This document shows, piece after piece, positions 23,551-38,631 of a stretch of DNA of 64,000 nt (positions are counted from its first letter, which is position 1; every line of letters starts with the position of its first letter). Origin of the DNA: Macrostomum lignano (Eukaryota); the NCBI GenBank assembly GCA_002269645.1, contig NIVC01003283.1, positions 40,569 to 104,568 of the forward strand. Direction: 5' to 3'. The translations under genes and the position numbers were made by a program. A model generated the notes under the pieces. The model saw only the letters and a list, made by a program, of their open reading frames with translations. It was not told the origin of the DNA and searched no databases.

Positions 23551-26500
23551 GTCGCCAAAGGCCTGGCCTTCCTCAACCGCGACTGCCGCCTGCTCCACGG
23601 TCGCGTCGTGCAGCCTCCGTGTTTGTCAATAGCGCCGGCGAATGGAAACTGTGGGCCTTTCAGCACACCGCGCCGCTGGGAATCCGTCTGGCGCGGTGGC
23701 TTCGGCTGGTGTTGAACTGCCTGACATTTACCTGCCTGGCGATGCGGACAGGCTGGTTAAGGCTGCCGACCGGGAGACCATCGACTCCTGGGGACTGGGC
23801 TGCTTCGTCTGGGAGGTTGGTTGCTTCATCTGTATTGGTGTATGCAAACTTGACTGGGGGTTCTGCCTGTTTCTCCTGTTTTGGGGATTCTTGTTGTAAC
23901 AACAGATTCTTGTTATTTTGATGGGTGAGATTTTGAATGGATTCTTGTTATTGTGATGGGTGAGATTTTGAATGGATTCTTGTTACTGTGTAATGGGTGA
24001 GATTTTGAATGGATTCTTGTTATTGTGATGGGTGAGATTTTGAATGGATTCTTGTTACTGTGTAATGGGTGAGATTTTGAATGGATTCTTGTTATTGTGT
24101 AATGGGTGAGATTTTGAATGGATTCTTGTTATTGTGTAATGGGTGAGATTTTGAATGGATTCTTGTTATTGTGATGGGTGAGATTTTGAATAGATTTCAT
24201 CGTAATTTTCATACCGTTTGTGGGAGAAAAGTGGGTTTTAGCCTAGCGGTCAGAGCGTCGGACTCACGACTTGAACGTCGGGGGTTCGATTCCCGATCCC
24301 ACATGAACAATTTGTGTCCTTGAGCAAGACACTTAACTCTGCACTGCTTCAGTTCACTCAGCATTAGCTGGGGTAATTGGGGTCCAGTCCTTGGACTGAA
24401 CAGCCGTACGCAGCCCTCAGATGCGCTCCATTGGGGCAGGTGTAATCAACTATTTTTTATTATTATTATTACTATTGTAGGAAAATGAAATGATTTCTCC
24501 AATTACTCAACCTGTCAACAGGTGTTCAACAGGCCGCTGACCTCGCGCCAGGATCTGCGCCAGTGGCCACGTGCCGCAGGCGCTGCAGCCGGCTTACGCG
24601 AGCTCATCCGCGACCGGGCGGCCCAGCGCTGCCCTGCGGCAGACTTTCTGCAGCGCTGCTCCAAGCCCGGCGGGTTTTCGATAATCCTTACACCAGGGCG
24701 CTGCTGCAGCTGGAGCAGCTGCACGTGCTGGCTGCGGAGGAGAAATCTCAGTTTCTTGGCCAGCTGGCGGAGCAGGTGAGATGCCCAGATTCTCTGGCTG
24801 ACCCTGCTTTGCTGTTTTTATCGACTCTAGATTAACAGTATCACCTACCCAGGTCCTAGCATGCACCCCTACCATTCCAGATCTGCCCCTACCATCCCAG
24901 ATCCGCCCTATCATTTCAGATCTGCCCTATCATTCCAGATCTGCCCTACCATCCTAGATCCGCCCCTATCATTTCAGATCCGCCCCTACCATTCCAGATC
25001 TTCCCCTACCATCCCAGATCTGCACCTACCATCCCAGATCCACCCCTACCATCCCAGATCCCCCCTTATTCCAGATCCGCCCCTATCATTCTTGATCCGC
25101 CCCTACCATTCCAGATCTTCCTCTACCATTCCAGATCTGCACCTACCATCCCAGATCCGCCCCTATCATCCCAGATCCGCCCCTACCATCCCAGATCCGC
25201 CCCTATCATCCCAGATCCGCCCTATCATTCCAGATCCGCCCCTACCATTCCAGATCTGCACCTACCATCCCAGATCCGCCCCTACCATCCCAGATTTGCC
25301 CCTATCATCCCAGATCCGCCCCTATCATTCCAGATCTGCCCCTACCATCCCAGATGCGCCCCTACCATCCCAGATCCGCCCTACCATCCCAGATATGCCC
25401 CTACCATCCCAGATTCGCCCCTACCATCTCAGATCCGCCCTACCATCCCAGATGCGCCCTACCATCCCAGATCCGCCCCTACCAATCTCAGATCCGCCCC
25501 TACCATCCCAGATGCGCCCCTACCATCTCAGATCCGCCCCTATCATCCCAGATCCGCCCCTACCATCCCAGATCCGCCCCTACCATCTCAGATCCGCTCC
25601 TATCATCCCAGATCCGCCCCTACCAATCTCAGATCCGCCCCTACCATCCCAGATCCGCCCTATCATCCCAGATCCGCCCCTACCATCCCAGATGCGCCCC
25701 TACCATCCCAGATCCGCCCCTACTAAATAAGGCAAGCTCACTCCCAATCGCAGCTGTCCAACTTCCAGACGACGTGGCCAAGCACAAGGTGCTGCCCCAG
25801 CTAGTCAATATTCTTCAATACGGCGGCGGCGGCTCGGAAGTTCTGCTGCCTCTGCTGCGCCTATCCCGCCTGTGCGACAAATCGGAGTTCGAGGGCCGCA
25901 TCGTGCCCTGCCTGATTCGCCTGTTCTCCCTGCCCGAACGGGTCGCCCGAGTCCGCCTGCTTGAGCAGTTGCCGTCCTACATTGGCCACCTGCCCGACCG
26001 GGTGGTGAACGAGCAGATTCTGCAGCCGTTCTGCCAGGGATTCCACGACACCAGCCCAGTTGTTCGGGAGCACACTATCAGAGCCGCCGTTCACCTGGCC
26101 GAGAAGCTCAACGCTAAGAATCTCAACGAGGAATTGCCCAAGCATTTGACAAGGCTGCAGGTGAGCTTCTTTTGCAGTTTAGCGGCTCTTTTTTAGCTTT
26201 TCGTGTCATTAGGGAGTGTTCTTGCCATTCAAATTTCTTTCATTTCACCTTTCATTAAAAACCTTTAAATGCGTGTCTTCACCCTTCATCATCAGAGGCC
26301 TTACAAATGCCTGTCTTCACCCTTCATCATCAGAGGCCTTACAAATGCCTGTCTTCACCCTTCATCAGCAAAGGCCTTACAAATGCCTGTCTTCACCCTT
26401 CATCATCAGAGGCCTTACAAATGCCTGTCTTCACCCTTCATCATCAGAGGCCTTACAAATGCCTGTCTTCACCCTTCATCATCAGAGGCCTTACAAATGC

Positions 26501-29500
26501 CTGTCTTCACCCTTCATCATCAGAGGCCTTACAAATGCCTGTCTTCACCCTTCATCATCAGAGGCCTTACAAATGCCTGTCCTCACCCTTCATCATCAGA
26601 GGCCTTACAAATGCCTGTCTTCACCCTTCATCATCAAAGGCCTTACAAATGCCTGTCTTCACCCTTCATCATCAAAGGCCCTCAAATGCCTGTCTTCACC
26701 CTTCATCATCAGAGGCCCTCAAATGCCTGTCTTCACCCTTCATCAGCAAATGCCCTCAAATGTCTGTCTTCACCCTTCATCATCAGAGGCCTTACAAATG
26801 TCTGTCTTCACCCTTCATCAGCAAATGCCCTCAAATGCCTGTCTTCACCCTTCATCATCAGAGGCCTTAGAAATGCCTGACTTCACCCTTCATCATCAGA
26901 GGCCTTACAAATGCCTGTCTTCACCCTTCATCATCAAATGCCCTCAAATGCCTGACTTCACCCTTCATCATCAGAGGCCTTAGAAATGCCTGACTTCACC
27001 CTTCATCATCAGAGGCCTTACAAATGCCTGTCTTCACCCTTCATCATCAGAGGCCTTACAAATGCCTGTCTTCACCCTTCATCATCAGAGGCCTTACAAA
27101 TGCCTGTCTTCACCCTTCATCATCAAAGGCCTTAGAAATGCCTGACTTCACCCTTCATCATCAGAGGCCTTAAAAATGCCTGTCTTCACCCTTCATCATC
27201 AGAGGCCTTACAAATGCCTGTCTTCACCCTTCATCATCAGAGGCCTTACAAATGCCTGTCTTCACCCTTCATCATCAAAGGCCTTAAAAATGCCTGTCTT
27301 CACCCTTCATCATCAGAGGCCTTACAAATGCCTGTCTTCACCCTTCATCATCAGAGGCCTTACAAATGCCTGTCTTCACCCTTCATCATCAGAGGCCTTA
27401 CAAATGCCTGTCTTCACCCTTCATCATCAAAGGCCTTAAAAATGCCTGTCTTCACCCTTCATCATCAGAGGCCTTACAAATGCCTGTCTCACCCTTCATC
27501 ATCAGAGGCCTTACAAATGCCTGTCTTCACCCTTCATCATCAGAGGCCTTACAAATGCCTGTCTTCACCCTTCATCATCAGAGGCCTTACAAATGCCTGT
27601 CTTCACCCTTCATCATCAGAGGCCTTACAAATGCCTGTCTTCACCCTTCATCATCAGAGGCCTTACAAATGCCTGTCTTCACCCTTCATCATCAGAGGCC
27701 CTCAAATGCCTGTCTTCACCCTTCATCAGCAAATGCCCTCAAATGTCTGTCTTCACCCTTCATCATCAGAGGCCTTACAAATGTCTGTCTTCACCCTTCA
27801 TCAGCAAATGCCCTCAAATGCCTGTCTTCACCCTTCATCATCAGAGGCCTTAGAAATGCCTGACTTCACCCTTCATCATCAGAGGCCTTACAAATGCCTG
27901 TCTTCACCCTTCATCATCAAATGCCCTCAAATGCCTGACTTCACCCTTCATCATCAGAGGCCTTAGAAATGCCTGACTTCACCCTTCATCATCAGAGGCC
28001 TTACAAATGCCTGTCTTCACCCTTCATCATCAGAGGCCTTACAAATGCCTGTCTTCACCCTTCATCATCAGAGGCCTTACAAATGCCTGTCTTCACCCTT
28101 CATCATCAAAGGCCTTAGAAATGCCTGACTTCACCCTTCATCATCAGAGGCCTTAAAAATGCCTGTCTTCACCCTTCATCATCAGAGGCCTTACAAATGC
28201 CTGTCTTCACCCTTCATCATCAGAGGCCTTACAAATGCCTGTCTTCACCCTTCATCATCAAAGGGCTTAGAAATGCCTGACTTCACCCTTCATCATCAGA
28301 GGCCTTAAAAATGCCTGTCTTCACCCTTCATCATCAGAGGCCTTACAAATGCCTGTCTTCACCCTTCATCATCAGAGGCCTTACAAATGCCTGTCTTCAC
28401 CCTTCATCATCAAAGGCCTTAAAAATGCCTGTCTTCACCCTTCATCATCAAAGGCCTTAAAAATGCCTGTCTTCACCCTTCATCATCAGAGGCCTTACAA
28501 ATGCCTGTCTTCACCCTTCATCATCAGAGGCCTTACAAATGCCTGTCTTCACCCTTCATCATCAGAGGCCTTACAAATGCCTGTCTTCACCCTTCATCAT
28601 CAAAGGCCTTAAAAATGCCTGTCTTCACCCTTCATCATCAGAGGCCTTACAAATGCCTGTCTCCACCCTTCATCATCAGAGGCCTTACAAATGCCTGTCT
28701 TCACCCTTCATCATCAGAGGCCTTACAAATGCCTGTCTTCACCCTTCATCATCAGAGGCCTTACAAATGCCTGTCTTCACCCTTCATCATCAGAGGCCTT
28801 ACAAATGCCTGTCTTCACCCTTCATCATCAGAGGCCTTACAAATGCCTGTCTTCACCCTTCATCATCAGAGGCCTTACAAATGCCTGTCTTCACCCTTCA
28901 TCATCAAATGCCCTCAAATGCCTGACTTCACCCTTCATCATCAGAGGCCTTAGAAATGCCTGACTTCACCCTTCATCATCAGAGGCCTTACAAATGCCTG
29001 TCTTCACCCTTCATCATCAGAGGCCTTACAAATGCCTGTCTTCACCCTTCATCATCAGAGGCCTTACAAATGCCTGTCTTCACCCTTCATCATCAAAGGC
29101 TTAGAAATGCCTGACTTCACCCTTCATCATCAGAGGCCTTAAAAATGCCTGTCTTCACCCTTCATCATCAGAGGCCTTACAAATGCCTGTCTTCACCCTT
29201 CATCATCAGAGGCCTTACAAATGCCTGTCTTCACCTTTCATCATCAAAGGCCTTAAAATGCCTGTCTTCACCCTTCATCATCAGAGGCCTTACAAATGCC
29301 TGTCTTCACCCTTCATCATCAGAGGCCTTACAAATGCCTGTCTTCACCCTTCATCATCAGAGGCCTTACAAATGCCTGTCTTCACCCTTCATCATCAGAG
29401 GCCTTACAAATGCCTGTCTTCACCCTTCATCATCAAAGGCCTTAAAAATGCCTGTCTTCACCCTTCATCATCAGAGGCCTTACAAATGCCTGTCTCCACC

Positions 29501-31065
29501 CTTCATCATCAGAGGCCTTACAAATGCCTGTCTTCACCCTTCATCATCAAAGGCCTTAAAAATGCCTGTCTTCACCCTTCATCATCAGAGGCCTTACAAA
29601 TGCCTGTCTTCACCCTTCATCATCAGAGGCCTTACAAATGCCTGTCTTCACCTTCATCATCAGAGGCCTTACAAATGCCTGTCTTCACCCTTCATCATCA
29701 GAGGCCTTACAAATGCCTGTCTTCACCCTTCATCATCAAAGGCCTTACAAATGCCTGTCTTCACCCTTCATCATCAAAGGCCTTAAAAATGCCTGTCTTC
29801 ACCCTTCATCATCAAAGGCCTTAAAAATGTCTGTCTTCACCCTTCATCATCAGAGGCCTTACAAATGCCTGTCTTCACCCTTCATCATCAAAGGCCTTAC
29901 AAATGCCTGTCTTCACCCTTCATCATCAGAGGCCTTACAAATGCCTGTCTCCCCTGCAAATCAGGTCAAAGACGAGCAGGGCGGCGTGCGCGCCAACGCC
30001 ACCGTGTGCCTGGGCAAGCTGGCTGGCCACATGGCCCCGGCAACGAGGCAGGGCCCCCTGCTGGCCCAGTTCCTCAAATGCCTGCGCGACCCGTTCCCGC
30101 CGGCGAGACAGGCCGCCCTGCTAGCCTGCGCGTCTACCCTGTCATTCTACACACTGCGGGACACCGCCTGCCGCCTGCTGCCGGCCCTCTGCCCGCTGAC
30201 ACTGGACCCGAGCAAAGAGGTTCGCGAGCACGCGTTCCAAGCTATTAACGCCTGTCTGCAACGCCTGCGCAAAGCGTCGGACAGTCCAGAGGAGGCAGCG
30301 GATCTCGAGAGTCAAGTGGCCGCCACTAGAGGCGCGGATTCCACTAGCAAGTCTTGGGCCAACTGGGCCGTGTCCGCTCTGTCAGCCAAGTTCTACAAGA
30401 CCGCCCCGTCTGCGTCTGCTGCCGCCCCCGCTGCCGCTGTACCATCCGCTTCGGCACCTACTCCGGCATCTGCTACTGCCGAGCCTACTAACAGCAGTAG
30501 TATCAGCAAGCCATTGCCGCCTGTCGCTAATACAGCTTCCGCTGCCGCTGCTGCCAATGCGTCGGTAGTTGCGCCAGCCACCACCGACTGGAACGACGCC
30601 TGGAGCGACGCTGACGATGACGGTGATTGGGGCAGCATCGAGGAGGCTGGATCGTCGGCGATGGAGAAGCAATCGGCATCAGGGTTGGCTCCGAGCTCTT
30701 CTTCCTCCGCTGCTGCCAGCGCCTGGGACACCAACTGGGGCGACGAGGAGGACGACACCCAGAAGGAGCCGATCCAGTCGGCGGTGGAGCCGCCGCCAAT
30801 TCGTGCGGCATTGTCGTCGGCTGCAAAATCCGGCGGCGGTGGACTCAAGCTTACTGGCGCTAAAAAGTTGGCGCCGAAATTGGCGCCTAGCGCCGGTAGC
30901 AATCTGGACGCCATCCTATCTGAAGAGATGGCCAGGCAACAGCTGGCACCGCAAAAGCAGCAGCAGCAGCAGCAACAGCCGATCCGAAATCCACAGAAGG
31001 AACAGAAGCACAGAAGGCAGCAGAAGAAACCAAGTGACGATGAGGATGATTGGGGAGCCTGGTAA
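23551..31065 (+). CDS. SCYL1: SCY1-like pseudokinase 1 (NTKL), 5'-partial. Exons 23551-23815, 24522-24775, 25754-26160, 29965-31065, with small apparent deletions in the first three.
   Basis: VAKGLAFLNRDCRLLH, VFVNSAGEWKL, DSWGLGCFVWE|VFN, KHKVLPQL, GFHDTSPVVREHT, RLQ|VKDEQGGVRANATVCLGKL, RDPFPPAR, DPSKEVREHAF and an acidic tail ending DDEDDWGAW match SCYL1 as recalled. Confidence 0.93.
23915..24192 (+). repeat. 35-37-bp minisatellite, 8 copies, in SCYL1 intron
   Basis: Unit gggtgagattttgaatggattcttgttattgtgat. Confidence 0.95.
24231..24476 (+). mobile_element. tRNA-derived SINE with a Deu/Nin-like central domain and (TTA)n tail
   Basis: A box tagcctagcgg (24239-24249), B box ggttcgattcc (24283-24293), acceptor-stem pairing gtgggtt/atcccac and a CAC anticodon loop. 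These are followed by gtgtccttgagcaagacacttaactctgcactgcttcagttcactcagc and a ttattattattatt tail. Confidence 0.85.
24860..25722 (+). repeat. About 20-bp C-rich minisatellite in SCYL1 intron
   Basis: Unit cccagatccgcccctaccat with variants. Confidence 0.95.
26275..29950 (+). repeat. 38-bp satellite-like array (about 3.7 kb, about 95 copies) filling a SCYL1 intron
   Basis: Unit cttcacccttcatcatcagaggccttacaaatgcctgt. The array ends about 15 nt before the acceptor at 29964. Confidence 0.98.
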
Positions 31066-31319
31066 TGCTGGAAGCTGGTAGATGAATATGTGGGTAGGTA
31101 GTCAGACCAGTAGGCTGGTAGATGAATAGGTGAGAAAGTAGTTAGACCAGTAGGCTGGTAGATTAGTAGTATCAGTAGTAGTATAGTAGTATTAGTCATT
31201 AGAAGTATGTTGGTGGAAGAAGTATTAGTAGAATACCAGCAATCTACGCCCCCCGTTGGGGAGCAAACAAAGAATGTAATATTTTTTTAGATAAACTACA
31301 CGTAGCTTCTAACCTCAGC

Positions 31320-31450
31320 CTTGGTATCTTAGCAATTCCCCCCAAGCCTTTATATCTCAGCAATTCCCCCAAGCCTTTATATCTCAGCAATTCCCCCAAG
31401 CCTTTATATCTTAGCAATTCCCCCAAGCCTTTATATCTCAGCAATTCCCC
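31320..31450 (+). repeat. 27-28-bp tandem repeat, about 4 copies
   Basis: Unit ctcagcaattcccccaagcctttatat. Confidence 0.85.
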
Positions 31451-31999
31451 CCACGCAGCAGGCTCTGTACATTTGCATAATATCGGCACTCGCTCGTTAT
31501 CATCATTTAATTGGTGTTCAGAGGCATAAATTCATTTTATCATGCTCATTACTTTGTCTAATCTAAATGATCTACTTTTTGTGCTAAAAAAAGCCAGTTG
31601 CCAAAAGATGAAAATAGATAGAAGACAAATCCTACTGCCTACTTGCGAGTAGTGTAGTAAAAATACGAGTATAATTTTGCAAATCTGTTATTCTGCTTTG
31701 TCGGTTAAACACTTGATTGCTTCCTTGTTTTGCCTTCTTCATATTATCCTGATTAATATTGATTGCAATTGCATTCAGACTGCCTCTTAAATGTTATGAG
31801 CGTATTCTTATTTCCTCTGATTTAGCTGTTTGCAATAAAAATAATAAAAAATAAGGTATATGTAATCGTAAAAATATTTCACTGCTTCTTTTGCAACCGA
31901 GGCTAACCTTTGCTTGTAAACTAATATCTGACATTTGGTCTTTTTATTCTATTTATTTCTAGTACGTTGGAATTTATCTAATCATCATGCTTCTATAAA

Positions 32000-32800
32000 T
32001 ATTCAGTTGCTAGGTCAGCCTTTCAGATCTTCAGTTGCTGGATCAGCCTCCCAGATCCTAAGTTGCTGGTCCACCGCCAGCCTCCCAGATCCTCAATTGC
32101 TGGACCAGCCTTTCAGATCCTCAGTTGCTGGACCAGCCTCCCAGATCCTCAGTTGCTGGACCAGCCTTTCAGATCCCCAGTTGCTGGACCAGCCTCCCAG
32201 ATCCCCAGTTGCTGGACCAGCCTCACAGATGCTCAGTTGCTGGACCAGCCTTTCAGATCCCCAGTTGCTGGACCAGCCTTTCAGATCCCCAGTTGCTGGA
32301 CCAGCCTCTCAGATGCTCAGTTGCTGGACCAGCCTCACAGATCCTCAGTTGCTGGACCAGCCTCACAGATCCTCAGTTGCTGGACCAGCCTCCCAGATCC
32401 TCAGTTGCTGGACCAGCCTTTCAGATCCCCAGTTGCTGGACCAGCCTCCCAGATCCCCAGTTGCTGGACCAGCCTCACAGATGCTCAGTTGCTGGACCAG
32501 CCTTTCAGATCCCCAGTTGCTGGACCAGCCTTTCAGATCCCCAGTTGCTGGACCAGCCTCTCAGATGCTCAGTTGCTGGACCAGCCTCACAGATGCTCAG
32601 TTGCTGGGCCAGCCTCACAGATGCTCAGTTGCTGGACCAGCCTCACAGATGCTCAGTTGCTGGACCAGCCTCACAGATGCTCAGTTGCTGGACCAGCCTC
32701 ACAGATGCTCAGTTGCTGGACCAGCCTCACAGATGCTCAGTTGCTGGACCAGCCTCACAGATGCTCAGTTGTTGGGCCACTGCCAGCCTCCCAGATCCTC
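32000..32800 (+). repeat. 28-bp minisatellite, about 28 copies
   Basis: Unit ctcagttgctggaccagcctcacagatg. Confidence 0.97.
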
Positions 32801-33332
32801 AGACTAAGCCGTTACTCCCTGTCCTAAGCCCTCCCTTCTGATTCTTGAGCGTCTGTACTGTTGAAAGACGCTTCGAAAGTGCAAGACGCTTTAAATCTTC
32901 TTGTTACAGCACAGGTGCGAGCTAAAATGAAATTTGAGAATCAATAAAAATCCAAGGAAGAATACGTTTAAAAACAAACTTGGAGGCAGTCAATTCTGCG
33001 AATGAAAAACCTTTCTTTTACAATTTTATTGAGTTATATAGTAAATCAGATAAAATAGTTTTCTTAGCGACCGAGGGAAAAAATTTGAGCAGCAGTTAAT
33101 TGAATCTGCGTTAATTGAGAAATCAATTCAAATCAAAGCGTTAAAAAAACCAGGTTGGAAGCGGCCGAGGCAAACTTTTGGGTCAGATATTTGACCAGAT
33201 CGGGCCATTACAATACAGTTTTCACGTGCATGCAAACATTTATGCAACTGCGGCGCTGTGAAAGAAGCGGACAAGCGACTGTGCTGAGGTGGAGACGGAC
33301 AGCTGTTTGAAGGATTTGGGGGTATTTTAACG

Positions 33333-34012
33333 AGCTGGGGTATTTTGAGGAGATAAGGTACTTGGAGAAAGCTGGGGTATTTTTTAGGAGATAAGTTACT
33401 TGGAGAAAGCTGGGGTATTTTGAGGAGATAAGGTACTTGGAGAAAGCTGGGGTATTTTTGAGGAGATAAGGTACTTGGAGAAAGCTGGGGTATTTTTGAG
33501 GAGATAAGGTACTTGGAGAAAGCTGGGGTATTTTTGAGGAGATAAGGTACTTGGAGAAAGCTGGGGTATTTTTTAGGAGATAAGGTACTTGGAGACAGCT
33601 GGGGTATTTTGAGGAGATAAGGTACTTGGAGAAAGCTGGGGTATTTTGAGGAGATAAGGTACTTGGAGAAAGCTGGGGTATTTTGAGGAGATAAGGTACT
33701 TGGAGAAAGCTGGGGTATTTTGAGGAGATAAGGTACTTGGAGAAAGCTGGGGTATTTTGAGGAGATAAGGTACTTGGAGAAAGCTGGGGTATTTTGAGGA
33801 GATAAGGTACTTGGAGAAAGCTGGGGTATTTTGAGGAGATAACGTACTTGGAGAAAGCTGGGGTATTTTGAGGAGATAAGGTACTTGGAGAAAGCTGGGG
33901 TATTTTGAGGAGATAAGGTACTTGGAGAAAGCTGGGGTATTTTGAGGAGATAAGGTACTTGGAGAAAGCTGGGGTATTTTGAGGAGATAAGTTACTTGGA
34001 GAAAGCTGGGGC
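33333..34012 (+). repeat. 37-bp minisatellite, about 18 copies
   Basis: Unit gctggggtattttgaggagataaggtacttggagaaa. Confidence 0.97.
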
Positions 34013-35180
34013 ATTTTGACGATCTGGTGTATATGGACGAGTTGCGGTATTTGGAGGGGTATTCTGGGGAGCTGGGCACAGCAATAATCAGAGCCAATAG
34101 ACATGTACGGTACACAGCAATCATCGGCTCCCGCCAGTCGCAGGGAAATGCAGAGGTGCTCAAACGCGCGCACAGCGCGCAAAGCAGACAAAATTAGTCC
34201 AAGGTTTGTAACTCTGGCTAGAAAAAGCAGTTGGATTGGTGGGTGATAGATAAATGTATGGGGATTGCTGCAGCTACAGGCAAAATTACTTGTTTATCAC
34301 AGTCTAAAATGGCTACTGAAAATCTAAACCGAAATTCTAAACAAAACTTTAAAAGATAAATAATAGAACTACTTATACTGTAATTTTGCTTCTCAAATCA
34401 GTGGATCAATCACAGAAAGTTATAAAAATAGTTGAAAAATTCACCCATTGAGGAATAACGGAAAGCTCGTTGCAGATAATAGACTTTTAGAAATAGAAAC
34501 CATCTTCAATTCTGTTACCTTCACTCTCTCCTGCTCAGGCTTCCGTTTGACAAATTTGACAATGAAGGCTGCGCATTTTATGTCCAGAAATGTGCCAGAG
34601 TTTTCCATCATTCTCTCCTTGCGCTCTGATGTGCCAGCGGCCCAGGCTCGATTCCAAGTGCAGTCACATTAATCTGGGGCTAAATTGGAATCTCGGCTTG
34701 GCTCTGCTAGTGCAACTAACGCCCTTAAGGGCCAACCCCCAAGGCACAGTGAAGTGTACATGCCGAACGATAAATAAAAATAGGACCTGTGTGAGTGTGT
34801 GCCTGTGCGTATGACTGCGTACGTATCCGCGCGCTTGTGTGCCTGCTCAGGGGAGTCGGTGGAATTGGCAACAATGCCTCTCGCCTGTTGTGCGACAATG
34901 TCGCTTGAAGTGCGCCAGAGTGCACACAGCCCCCTTGTATCTACGATCTAGTATAAAAAATCAGCTTAGGAGAGTTCGTCTACTGATAAAAGTAGAAAGT
35001 GTAGAATGTGGTGCTAAAAGTTTGCACGGCGAGCTAAGAGTTTTCGCCATGCTGGACAGTGCAAAGATTTAATAGATTTCTGTTCTCTATAAACCCTATA
35101 GCTGGCTGAGAATGACTGACTGGGGCTGTAACAGAGACCTAAGCAAGCCCCCCCATGTACACACACGTCATTAGGCTAGG

Positions 35181-38631
<3,451 letters not shown>

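Noticed and set aside
24231-24302. tRNA-Val(CAC) gene
   Set aside because: There are mismatches in the anticodon and T stems and no oligo-T terminator, and it continues directly into SINE core and tail.
26216-29824. Many 85-255-aa ORFs (MPVFTLHHQRPYKCLSS...)
   Set aside because: These are translations of the 38-bp intronic array. SCYL1 homology skips the region exactly (RLQ|VKDEQG).
33208-34191. Repeat reading LGYFEEIRYLEK on the plus strand and long minus-strand ORFs
   Set aside because: The unit is 37 bp, so the frame shifts every copy and hits stops on the plus strand. It is not a protein repeat.
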